Part shown: positions 10,483-18,724 of the stretch, one piece after another
Layout: each line of letters starts with the position of its first letter
Position numbering within the stretch: position 1 is the first letter of the stretch
DNA from: a virus
Lineage: Duplodnaviria > Caudoviricetes
Length of the DNA stretch: 61,649 nucleotides
Strand: one strand, 5' to 3'
Virus record (IMG/VR): IMGVR_UViG_3300026518_000001
Location: 1 to 61,649 of that record
Made by a program: the position numbers and the translations under genes
The notes under the pieces: model-generated
Told to the model about the DNA's origin: nothing
Database searches by the model: none
Seen by the model: only the letters and a program-made list of their open reading frames with translations

Positions 10483-11022
10483 TTAATCTCCTTCTAAATT
10501 AAATCTACCAGAATTTAAAATGTCACATATTTTCTGTGCATCTTCTTTTGTTTTGAAATAAACATGAAAAAGATTTCCTGATTGATTAAAACTATAATCA
10601 TGAAAATTTTTTTTATTTTCAAAAATATAAAAATTATATTTATCATACTGAAATTCATATCCTCTACTATCGACACACTCTTGGTCTCTTAGTGCCAACA
10701 ATCTTAAATATTTTTTAGCTTGTTTTAATGAAGCATAATTATTATCTATATTAAAATAAGCTATTTGTAATGTATTTGAATAATCTCTTTTTAATTTAAT
10801 CTTTGGTCTTTCTGGGATATCGAATTTGATTTCATTCCAGAATAGAGTTTGATTTTCACTAGTTCTTTTTGTTCCATTCATATTATAATTTATAATATAA
10901 TTTAATTTATCAAATTTTATTGCTAATGGATATTCTCCTCTCATTTTTTCTATTAATGTACCCCAACCATATTCAAAGCTCCAAACTCTATTACCTATTT
11001 TAATTCCATTGAAATAGATCAT
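10483..11022 (-). CDS. hypothetical protein with a YFxGIKxGxRVWS..YGWG N-terminal domain
   Basis: The first ~65 aa are paralogous to 11712..12359. Confidence 0.7.
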   Translation of the reverse strand: MIYFNGIKIGNRVWSFEYGWGTLIEKMRGEYPLAIKFDKLNYIINYNMNGTKRTSENQTLFWNEIKFDIPERPKIKLKRDYSNTLQIAYFNIDNNYASLKQAKKYLRLLALRDQECVDSRGYEFQYDKYNFYIFENKKNFHDYSFNQSGNLFHVYFKTKEDAQKICDILNSGRFNLEGD

Positions 11023-11023
11023 T

Positions 11024-11440
11024 TTATTTTCCTTTGTTTAGTAGTTCTGGATTTTCAAATATATTTCCGATAATTTCAAATTCGAAATTATCTTCAAGAT
11101 GATTACCTATTACATTTTCGTTTCTTATAGGCTTCAATCTAAAAGCCCCAAACGCAAAATATACTTCTCTAACTTCTCCTGCGAAAAATCCATATTTATC
11201 ATAATTATCTGGAATTTTTACAATATCGCCCTCATAAATTTCTTTTTTATTTTTATCTTTAAGTCCTGTATATTTAATAAGCTTATCATATAAAGATACA
11301 TTCTCATCAAATTCATCAGTTGCACTTGAGAAAATAGTCCAGCTACATTCCTTGGCTTTAAAATCTATCCAATCTAAAACTGGAGTTATTATTGTTTTAT
11401 CTTTTAAATTTATCACTGCTTTGAGTTTATTATTTGTCAT
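11024..11440 (-). CDS. YopX family protein
   Basis: YTGLKDKNKKEIYEGDIV and EIIGNIFENPELL signature motifs. Confidence 0.9.
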   Translation of the reverse strand: MTNNKLKAVINLKDKTIITPVLDWIDFKAKECSWTIFSSATDEFDENVSLYDKLIKYTGLKDKNKKEIYEGDIVKIPDNYDKYGFFAGEVREVYFAFGAFRLKPIRNENVIGNHLEDNFEFEIIGNIFENPELLNKGK

Positions 11441-11690
11441 TTTTCCCTCCTTCTTTGTACAAACAAGCTTCGAATATTGCTCGATTTGTTTTGTTCATTT
11501 CTTTAATCCTATTATCCAATTCTTCTTTATCTAACATTTTTAATGAGTTAATATTTAAAGATATTGAATTAGCTAAATATTTTAACTCCTAATACATTCT
11601 CTAATTACCTGTTATTGCGAATGCTTCACTTAGACTTTTTAAATCTAAAGCTATAGATTTTAAATCTTGATAATGTTTTTCTTTTTCCAT
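11430..11690 (-). pseudogene. 86-codon gene interrupted by two in-frame TAG codons
   Basis: AGGA RBS, ATG at 11690, TAG at 11601-11603 and 11589-11591; the frame continues to a TAA that overlaps the YopX start. Confidence 0.7.
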
Positions 11691-11711
11691 TGTTTTTCCT
11701 TTTTTTTAAAT

Positions 11712-12359
11712 TTAATACCAATCCTCACCATCTGCTTCTTCCAAACTCTTTTTAGTCGGAATATAACAAGTTATCTCTTTATTTTTATCTATTAAAGCTC
11801 TCCAAACATATGATTCTGAATCAAACATTTCATCGTTAGGAACTGCTTCTTTGTAAGAATCGATATTATCTATACCTAAACAATAAGAATCTGCTTTTTT
11901 TAAAAGTTCTTCAGTTAGATTTTTAAATCTTACCCAAAAAACTTTTTCAGCTCCATCTAATTTGGCATCATATTCAGCTCCAGCTTGTAAGAGCTTATAT
12001 GAATCTTCAATACTTACTTGAGCAGAATAGCTATCCCTGTTTGACCATTTGTAATAAGGAACTACCGCTCTTTTACATAGAGAAATTAATTGCTCTCTAC
12101 TAGTAAACTCTTCTATATGATTTCTCATATACTCCATTTTTTCTTTCTCAATTCTTTTTGGTTCTTTATCATTCCAGAAAAGAGTTTGAGAAGATGGTTT
12201 TTTGTTTTCCTTTTTCTCTCCATTCATATAATAATAAACAAAATTACCCCTCTTAAACTCCACTCCAAAATCATCTTCTGAAATATCAAAAGCTTCTCCC
12301 CAACCATAATTAATACTCCAAACTCTATCACCTTCTTTAATTCCATCGAAATAGCTCAT
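11712..12359 (-). CDS. hypothetical protein with a YFxGIKxGxRVWS..YGWG N-terminal domain
   Basis: N-terminus paralogous to 10483..11022; AGGAG RBS. Confidence 0.7.
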   Translation of the reverse strand: MSYFDGIKEGDRVWSINYGWGEAFDISEDDFGVEFKRGNFVYYYMNGEKKENKKPSSQTLFWNDKEPKRIEKEKMEYMRNHIEEFTSREQLISLCKRAVVPYYKWSNRDSYSAQVSIEDSYKLLQAGAEYDAKLDGAEKVFWVRFKNLTEELLKKADSYCLGIDNIDSYKEAVPNDEMFDSESYVWRALIDKNKEITCYIPTKKSLEEADGEDWY

Positions 12360-12371
12360 TTGCTCTCCTTT

Positions 12372-12719
12372 TTATTTATTTTTCAATATCCACTCACAAG
12401 CCTTAAATATAGCTTCTATTTCTGTTTTAAATTCTTCTTTAAAAGCAAAAATAGTATTTTTTGTATAAGGTTCTAATATATGGCAATTATAATGCCATAA
12501 ATCTTTATTTTCTACATAACCATCAATAGATGGCTCAATGTTAAATCCTTTACTATAAGCCCATTCTTTACATAAATAAGCAAATTCATAAATATTTACA
12601 GAGCCAAAAACACTTTGTCCGTCAAGAGATATTAAAATATTTTTTGTTATTTCTATTTTAATATTTTTATATTTTTTATATTCTGGCATTATTTCCAAAA
12701 ATAATTCTTTACTAACCAT
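12372..12719 (-). CDS. hypothetical phage protein
   Basis: NIYEFAYLCKEWA..TEIEAIFKACEWIL; AAGGAG RBS. Confidence 0.7.
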   Translation of the reverse strand: MVSKELFLEIMPEYKKYKNIKIEITKNILISLDGQSVFGSVNIYEFAYLCKEWAYSKGFNIEPSIDGYVENKDLWHYNCHILEPYTKNTIFAFKEEFKTEIEAIFKACEWILKNK

Positions 12720-12780
12720 ATTTTATTCTCCTTTGTATTTATTTTTTAGAATAATTTTTACATCTCATTTTGTAATTTTT

Positions 12781-12999
12781 TTATTTGTTTTTTTTAAATT
12801 TATTACATCCAAAATTTTCATCAACTCTTAAATTAACAACAACACCTACATCATCGTTAGCTTCTAATTTAATTCCTGCTCCTACACTATTATTGTGAGT
12901 GTACTCTTTATCATCAATCCAAATAGTTTCACATATACCATTATTATAATATTTACAATATTTACACTTTTTTGATTCAAAATTATTTTCTTTAATCAA
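12781..12999 (-). CDS. small Cys-rich protein
   Basis: CKYCKY..C..FGCNKF pattern. Confidence 0.6.
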   Translation of the reverse strand: MIKENNFESKKCKYCKYYNNGICETIWIDDKEYTHNNSVGAGIKLEANDDVGVVVNLRVDENFGCNKFKKNK

Positions 13000-13199
13000 T
13001 TCTTTGATTTCTTTTTTTTATATCTTGATTTTTTACATCATAAATTAAATCTTTTACATCATAATAAAAACGATATATTTATTTAAGATCATCCATATCC
13101 ATAGAATTAAAGCTACGATAATCATACATCGCAAGATGTTCTATTTGTTTAAAAGAATAAACTATTTTTTTCTACTATTTTTTCTTGATCATATTTCAT
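12991..13199 (-). pseudogene. degraded gene (frameshift in an A7 run plus an in-frame TAA)
   Basis: RBS and ATG at 13199. Removing one A at 13165-13171 gives a long frame that is broken once by a TAA near 13082. Confidence 0.5.
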
Positions 13200-13250
13200 T
13201 TTATTTTCCTTATTTTTAACAAAAATATTGGTGTTAAAAATAAAACTAAA

Positions 13251-13736
13251 CTAGTTATTAACATTTATTTTCCTTAAATATTTTATTGCTTTACTTACTT
13301 TTCTTACATATTCTATATTAGAGTAATATCCTCCATTATATGATCCAACCATCTTTACCCATAACCATTTACCTGAATATCCTCTTTGAATCCAAAAAGA
13401 CTTCCAATAAAGTAATTCAGATATTGCTTGTTTAGAAGCAAAGTTTTTATCTTTAATTAATCTCTCTAACATTCTTGATCTATTCCAAGATGTATTAGGT
13501 ATATTAAGTCTATGCAATACTGATGTTACTAATATATGATATGCTGAGCCACTTGGATCACTTAAATTAATATTATATTTTCCAAGTGATGATTCAACAT
13601 ATGCAATACCAGCTAAAGTCCAACCTAATTGATACTTTGATCCAACTTTGTAGCTGTATTTAAAACATTGTATTTGTTGATTGTTTAAAGCTTGTAGAGA
13701 GTTAATTATAAAAAATAAGAATATTACTACTCTCAT
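13251..13736 (-). CDS. exported lytic transglycosylase (SLT-like)
   Basis: Signal-peptide-like N-terminus, catalytic IAYVESS motif, SYNGG and YVRKV motifs. Confidence 0.8.
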   Translation of the reverse strand: MRVVIFLFFIINSLQALNNQQIQCFKYSYKVGSKYQLGWTLAGIAYVESSLGKYNINLSDPSGSAYHILVTSVLHRLNIPNTSWNRSRMLERLIKDKNFASKQAISELLYWKSFWIQRGYSGKWLWVKMVGSYNGGYYSNIEYVRKVSKAIKYLRKINVNN

Positions 13737-14074
13737 TTAAAAAGTTCTTTTATAAACGAAATATCAACTTCTTTATTAACTAAATAATTTTGATATATTC
13801 TTAGTAACATATCTTTATTATCTTGTAGTATTTCACAATATTTATAGAATTTCTTTTGACTAAATCTTTTTGCTGGTTCTAACTTAATAACAAAGTTTTC
13901 TCTATCCATTGGAGTTATAGATTTACTAATAGCTCCATTACTATATTTTAATACACTATATTTGGTGAAATATATGTAATAACCTCTTTCTCTATCATAT
14001 GTTCCAATGTCATATGTAACTTCTATTTCTAATAGTGTATTTTCACTTATATACTTATCAATTACATTATTCAT
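13733..14074 (-). CDS. hypothetical protein
   Basis: AAGGAG RBS. Confidence 0.65.
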   Translation of the reverse strand: MNNVIDKYISENTLLEIEVTYDIGTYDRERGYYIYFTKYSVLKYSNGAISKSITPMDRENFVIKLEPAKRFSQKKFYKYCEILQDNKDMLLRIYQNYLVNKEVDISFIKELFK

Positions 14075-14415
14075 CTATCTCTCCTTTTGGTTCTATTTTG
14101 ATAAGAAATGATTTATATACAGTTTTTAAACATCTTTTTAATTCTTTATATACTTCCATCATTTGTTTTCTATCTTTACCTTTACAAACAGGTATCCATT
14201 CTTTATCTACTTTTATTGATATTACTTGTTCCATTTAATCTTCCTTATTTATTGGATCTATAAAATACATAACTAATCCAAGAGCTATTCCATCATAAAA
14301 TTCTATACCTGTCATTTCTTCAAATACTGAACAACATTCATTATATGATCCTGTATGTAATATAAACTCTCTATTGTTTGGTTCTACTTGTATTAATCTA
14401 TACATCTTAATCTCC

Positions 14416-14711
14416 TTATTTTAATTTTTTATAACCAATTACTTCAATACTTCTAATCTTATGAAGTGCATATTTCTTTTGTAATTGACTATCCATATAT
14501 TCTTCTACATCAGCAGTAAATTCTATTACTTGATGTAGTTGTAACTTATTCAATATCTTTGCTCTATTCCAATTATATGAGACCCAAGAATGATCTCTAA
14601 ATGGAATCCACTTACCTCCTTGTTGAATTTCTATATAACGGAATAACTTAAATTCACCATTAGCTCTTTTAATTACATTAGATCCAACAATTGCTCTAAA
14701 TTTAGCTTTCA
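14416..14711 (-). CDS. hypothetical protein, possible OB-fold
   Basis: FRDHSW..IEFTADVEEY; the start position is uncertain (second Met is near 14712). Confidence 0.55.
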
Positions 14712-14944
14712 TTGTTATACTTCTTAATAACAATATCATCGATTGGTTCTGTTGATTCTAATGCTTCATAGAACCAATCAATATATTTATCCATTTCATT
14801 ATCAGTTAGTTTAAATAAGTTTTTTATAATTAATCCTAATTCATTTAATGGATATATCTTGTTTAATATATGACTAACTATTTCTATTTCTTTTGCTGTA
14901 ACTTCTACTGATATATATTTGTGTTTACTATTTAATATTCTCAT
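14702..14944 (-). CDS. hypothetical protein
   Basis: AAGGAG RBS. Confidence 0.6.
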   Translation of the reverse strand: MRILNSKHKYISVEVTAKEIEIVSHILNKIYPLNELGLIIKNLFKLTDNEMDKYIDWFYEALESTEPIDDIVIKKYNNES

Positions 14945-15208
14945 CTTTGGTTCTCCTTAATTAATTTTGTTTAGTAATCTAATAATTACTAAATCAAACC
15001 AATTAAAAAGAGAATTATGGACATAAAATCCATTTTTCTCTAATTAAATAACCTAATTGTTTAAATACTCTTCTTTGGTTCTTTTGAATATATACTTTTT
15101 CAAATTTACCATTTAATACGAAATATAATATTACTTTTCTATTTTTCATTCTTCATCCTTTATTTTTTATTTTTAAGCCTTTTAAAGACTTGCTTAGGTC
15201 TATTACAA

Positions 15209-15346
15209 TTAAGCTTGTTCGTCGTCAAATAAATCTTTATAAATATCAGATTTTTTACCTGCTTTATAACTTCTATCTGCAAACTTTACTAATACTGGTC
15301 CTAAGATTAGAAACATTGCTAATCCGATTACTGCACTAACTTCCAT
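15209..15346 (-). CDS. 45-aa membrane peptide MEVSAVIGLAMFLILGPVLVKFADRSYKAGKKSDIYKDLFDDEQA (not in the ORF track)
   Basis: AAGGAG RBS, hydrophobic N-terminal half, paralogous to 18547..18669. Confidence 0.8.
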   Translation of the reverse strand: MEVSAVIGLAMFLILGPVLVKFADRSYKAGKKSDIYKDLFDDEQA

Positions 15347-15374
15347 TGGTTCTCCTTATGTGATATATGTTCGA

Positions 15375-15517
15375 AGACAATCAATATTTAATTGAATATC
15401 TAATAGATTTATACAATCCACAGACAATTAATATATAAATAGTTACCTATTTATTTTTAATTATCCACAGACTATCTATTTAATTTTATAACCTAAATTA
15501 AATAAATAATCACAGAC
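15375..15517. repeat. degenerate tandem repeat, three units of about 47 bp, with AT(C)CACAGAC junctions
   Basis: AGAC at 15375, 15422, 15469 and 15514; units 2 and 3 contain internal palindromes; TTATCCACA at 15461..15469. Confidence 0.75.
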
Positions 15518-15581
15518 CTTAAGTAGCTGAGTTTACGAAGCGTTTATATATATTGAGTAGAACCAAAGAAAAAAAAAACAA

Positions 15582-16565
15582 TCAAGAGAGCATATACTCA
15601 CTCTCTTTAATTGCTTCTATTATTTTCTCTTTTCTTGTTGGATCATATGGATTAACTTTTAATCCTAAGTCTTTAAGTATATTTATTAATAGTTCATCTT
15701 CTATCATAGTTACAAATGCTTCTTTATAACAATCTATTAAGAATCCTGCATCAGTAATACTTACTTGGAATGAATCATGAATTACACTAATAGGTTTATT
15801 ATTACTTTTAAATTTATTTACTACATATCTTAAGATCCAACTATCGAGGCTATGAACCGCATTAGGAGCCAAACTTCTCCATTGGTCTAAATCACCTTGA
15901 TTCACATAATATGTATATGGTAATTCTGTATCATTGTATTTTATTGGTTCTGTTACTGATACTTCTACTGGCACGTAACAAACCATATCTGGTAGTTTCC
16001 AAGTATGATATTTATTATCAGTCCAGCATTTTCTTAATATATTCATTATTTTAACAGGACCTGTAAATTCATCATTAAGATAATCAAAGAATAATTCTGC
16101 TACTTCATCTCCTAATAATTCTTTTATTTTTGCAGTACTATTATAGAAATATGTCATTAATGGTTTTTTAATATCATTTCTTGTAATATTTTCTAATCCA
16201 AACATATCAGTAAATTCATTAGCAATATCAGTATATACATCTCTTCTTTCTTTGGTTCCAATATTAACTTTTTTACCACTATTAGTATCTAAACTAATAG
16301 CACTTAATATTTGTAATCCACTTGCAGTAGCATCCAGATATATTGTTGGATAATCTACTTTATTACCATTAACTAAATCTACTGCTTCCTGTAATCTTTT
16401 ATGTTCTAATACATTTGTTGGCTCATAAGAACCATTAATATAATCACTTAATAGTTCTTTACCTTTATTAATTCTATTATTCCAACTTTCTTTATCATAT
16501 CCAGCTTCATTAGCAATACTAATATACATCCATTCTATTACACTTATATTTTCATAACTTATCAT
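15582..16565 (-). CDS. N4-like RNA polymerase II, subunit 2 (catalytic half)
   Basis: T7-family motifs LDATASGLQ (A), RNDIKKPLMTYFY (B), APNAVHSLD and IHDSF (C). Confidence 0.95.
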   Translation of the reverse strand: MISYENISVIEWMYISIANEAGYDKESWNNRINKGKELLSDYINGSYEPTNVLEHKRLQEAVDLVNGNKVDYPTIYLDATASGLQILSAISLDTNSGKKVNIGTKERRDVYTDIANEFTDMFGLENITRNDIKKPLMTYFYNSTAKIKELLGDEVAELFFDYLNDEFTGPVKIMNILRKCWTDNKYHTWKLPDMVCYVPVEVSVTEPIKYNDTELPYTYYVNQGDLDQWRSLAPNAVHSLDSWILRYVVNKFKSNNKPISVIHDSFQVSITDAGFLIDCYKEAFVTMIEDELLINILKDLGLKVNPYDPTRKEKIIEAIKESEYMLS

Positions 16566-16575
16566 ATCTATCTCC

Positions 16576-17352
16576 TTATTTTATATTTAATTCATCTTTT
16601 AAATGTTTAATGAATCCATCACTTACTTTATTTGTTACCATATCTAATGCTGCTTTTTTGAATTTAGTTCCTTGTACATTTATGTGATAACCTTTACTAT
16701 AAACTCTACCTCTTGCATCAATGAACCAATCGAAATACAAGTCTTTATTTCTAAACTTTTGATACATTTTATTGGCTCTATTTAACTCTAATTCAGGATA
16801 CATACTATCAATATAACTATCATCAGTATAATTATCTAATATATAATTATTTAATCTATACTTTTGATTAGCTAAATAAGTTAATGTATTTTCAATATTT
16901 TCTACTGCTTTATACTTTACATTCCAGAATCTTTTACTACATTCTACTTTTAATTTATCAGTAGTTTTAATTCTTTGTTCTATACTATTCTCTTCTATAT
17001 CTTGATCTAATACTACTCTTGGTATTAATGAACCAGTAGCAGTATTACTTTCTTGTGAATATCCTATTTTAATATCATAGAATATACCTTCACAACTATT
17101 TAATACATCTAATCCCCATTGAGCTTCATCTCTTTGATTCATAGATATAAAACTATCTTTATCTAACTCTTTAAAATATTTGAATGTTAGATAAGATATA
17201 TGTTGAATAGCCCAACTAGGTTTACTAACTATTAACTCTACAAATCCTCTAACTATCACTCTTTGGATCATTTCATCTTCATCAGATATATTAAACATTT
17301 TGTTTAATTTATATCTTAATCTCTTGAATGTACTATCTTTAATTTCTAACAT
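16576..17352 (-). CDS. N4-like RNA polymerase II, subunit 1
   Basis: DxxGR motif DARGRVYSKGYHINVQG; adjacent to subunit 2. Confidence 0.9.
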   Translation of the reverse strand: MLEIKDSTFKRLRYKLNKMFNISDEDEMIQRVIVRGFVELIVSKPSWAIQHISYLTFKYFKELDKDSFISMNQRDEAQWGLDVLNSCEGIFYDIKIGYSQESNTATGSLIPRVVLDQDIEENSIEQRIKTTDKLKVECSKRFWNVKYKAVENIENTLTYLANQKYRLNNYILDNYTDDSYIDSMYPELELNRANKMYQKFRNKDLYFDWFIDARGRVYSKGYHINVQGTKFKKAALDMVTNKVSDGFIKHLKDELNIK

Positions 17353-17362
17353 TGTTTATCCT

Positions 17363-17446
17363 TTATATGTCTAATTCTACATATTCTAATAATACTAATA
17401 ATGATGCACTCATTAATGTTCCTAATAATAAATATATTAGATACAT
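17363..17446 (-). CDS. 27-aa hydrophobic peptide (not in the ORF track)
   Basis: AAGGAG RBS directly after an early promoter motif; MYLIYLLLGTLMSASLLVLLEYVELDI. Confidence 0.6.
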   Translation of the reverse strand: MYLIYLLLGTLMSASLLVLLEYVELDI

Positions 17447-17489
17447 AATTTACTCCTTATATTAAATTTAGTAATCTATAACAGATTAC

Positions 17490-17515
17490 CATTATAAATG
17501 TGGACACCAAAAAAA
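17490..17515 (-). promoter_or_regulatory. repeated early promoter motif, copy 4
   Basis: Minus strand TTTTTTTGGTGTCCACATTTATAATG, followed by a hairpin and an RBS. Confidence 0.65.
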
Positions 17516-17597
17516 GAACCAAAAAAGATAGAAAAAAAGATAAACATAAACAGTAAACGAAAAAGATAAGCAAAAATAGTAGTTAATAAGTGTAGAT

Positions 17598-17666
17598 ATA
17601 GTTGAGTATTTTACTATCTTTAATAGTGGTTAGATAGTTGAGTCATTACATTTACTATCTTTAATA
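17598..17666. repeat. two-copy direct repeat ATAGTTGAGT..TTTACTATCTTTAATA
   Basis: Copies start at 17598 and 17634. Confidence 0.7.
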
Positions 17667-17686
17667 AAAAAATAAAGAAACAAGTA

Positions 17687-17893
17687 TCAAACTGATACTG
17701 TTTCTGATGTAGAATTTTTTCTAAATCTACTCTTTTTCTCTGTTTTACTAATCAATGCTAATTCTAATTCTATACCTTCGATTACTACTTTAATATCAAG
17801 CGATGTTGGGTCTATTTCTTTATCTAAATTAATGAATCCGATTGTATCTCCATTGTCTCTAATTGCATATCCAATGTAATCTGTTTTAGTCAT
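17687..17893 (-). CDS. early protein; possible RNAPII activator (N4 gp2 position)
   Basis: Strong RBS after an early promoter motif. The function is a guess from position and a GFINL segment. Confidence 0.5.
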   Translation of the reverse strand: MTKTDYIGYAIRDNGDTIGFINLDKEIDPTSLDIKVVIEGIELELALISKTEKKSRFRKNSTSETVSV

Positions 17894-17937
17894 AATTTAC
17901 TCCTTAAGTTAATTTATGATAGTTATGACTTAACTAT

Positions 17938-17965
17938 CATTATAGATGTAAACACCCAATAAAAA
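17938..17965 (-). promoter_or_regulatory. repeated early promoter motif, copy 3
   Basis: Minus strand TTTTTATTGGGTGTTTACATCTATAATG, then the hairpin ATGATAGTTA-N5-TAACTATCAT. Confidence 0.65.
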
Positions 17966-18277
17966 GAGATTTAATACAATTGTAAACACCTAAAAAAAGA
18001 GAGAATTAAATATAAACTCTCTCCATTTCAAATTATAAAGTTTTAAGCATTAAAAAAAAATAGTTAGATGGTTGATAAATGGTTGAATGTGTTTAGTTTA
18101 TGGAAAGATTTTTAGAAAAATTAAGGAAAAATTATGGTATACACCTAATAAAATAGTACTTGGATCTTGGCTCTCAGATGGCTTATTTATGGTAGTTTGC
18201 GAGTAATAAATTACAGATTCAAGGTTAAGCAAATTGTCTATAAATTGTTTATTATGGTGTACTATTGTACTATCTAC

Positions 18278-18321
18278 AAGTGTCTAAGTGTTAAAAGTGT
18301 ATAAGTGTTATGTTTAAGTGT
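18278..18321. repeat. five AAGTGT hexamers
   Basis: Copies at 18278, 18286, 18295, 18303 and 18316. Confidence 0.8.
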
Positions 18322-18342
18322 TTATTATATAGACGAAGAAGA

Positions 18343-18480
18343 TTAGATAATATTATCTACTTCTTCGTAGAACTTTCTTGCTTTTGAATATGTTAATAAA
18401 TCTTTTATAAATCCATATAAGTAAGTATATTCTACAGTAGTCCATCTACCATTTATATAATAAGGTAATTTAAGTTTCAT
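18343..18480 (-). CDS. 45-aa early protein (not in the ORF track)
   Basis: AAGGAG RBS after a promoter motif; MKLKLPYYINGRW... Confidence 0.7.
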   Translation of the reverse strand: MKLKLPYYINGRWTTVEYTYLYGFIKDLLTYSKARKFYEEVDNII

Positions 18481-18504
18481 TTGGATCTCCTTTAAATTAA
18501 TTTA

Positions 18505-18530
18505 CATTATTAATGTAAGACCCAAAAAAA
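18505..18530 (-). promoter_or_regulatory. repeated early promoter motif, copy 2
   Basis: Minus strand TTTTTTTGGGTCTTACATTAATAATG; the + strand can form TTACATT-ATT-AATGTAA. Confidence 0.65.
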
Positions 18531-18546
18531 AAGAAATAAACGATGA

Positions 18547-18669
18547 TTATTCATCATCGCTTAAATCTTTGTATAGTTCTGTTTTCTTTAAGCTTTTATA
18601 AGCTCTATCAATAAACTTTACTGCAATAGGTGCTACTAATACTAATACAACATATGATAATACGCCCAT
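18547..18669 (-). CDS. 40-aa membrane peptide MGVLSYVVLVLVAPIAVKFIDRAYKSLRKTELYKDLSDDE, probable first early gene (not in the ORF track)
   Basis: AAGGA RBS after a promoter motif; paralogous to 15209..15346. Confidence 0.8.
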   Translation of the reverse strand: MGVLSYVVLVLVAPIAVKFIDRAYKSLKKTELYKDLSDDE

Positions 18670-18697
18670 GTTAATCCTTTAAGTTTTATTTTATTAT

Positions 18698-18724
18698 CAT
18701 TATAAATGTAGAACCAACCAAAAG
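18698..18724 (-). promoter_or_regulatory. repeated early promoter motif, copy 1
   Basis: Minus strand TTTTGGTTGGTTCTACATTTATAATG. Confidence 0.65.

Noticed and set aside
11589-11603. Genome-wide TAG recoding (genetic code 15)
   Set aside because: All large genes are intact under code 11, TAG ends 666..869 and 13251..13736 plausibly, no suppressor tRNA was seen, and neighbouring pseudogenes have TAA and frameshift lesions.
15375-15517. Mini CRISPR array
   Set aside because: The conserved part is only about 10 bp, and the intervening sequences resemble each other rather than being unique spacers. The Cas4-like gene is a standard phage nuclease.
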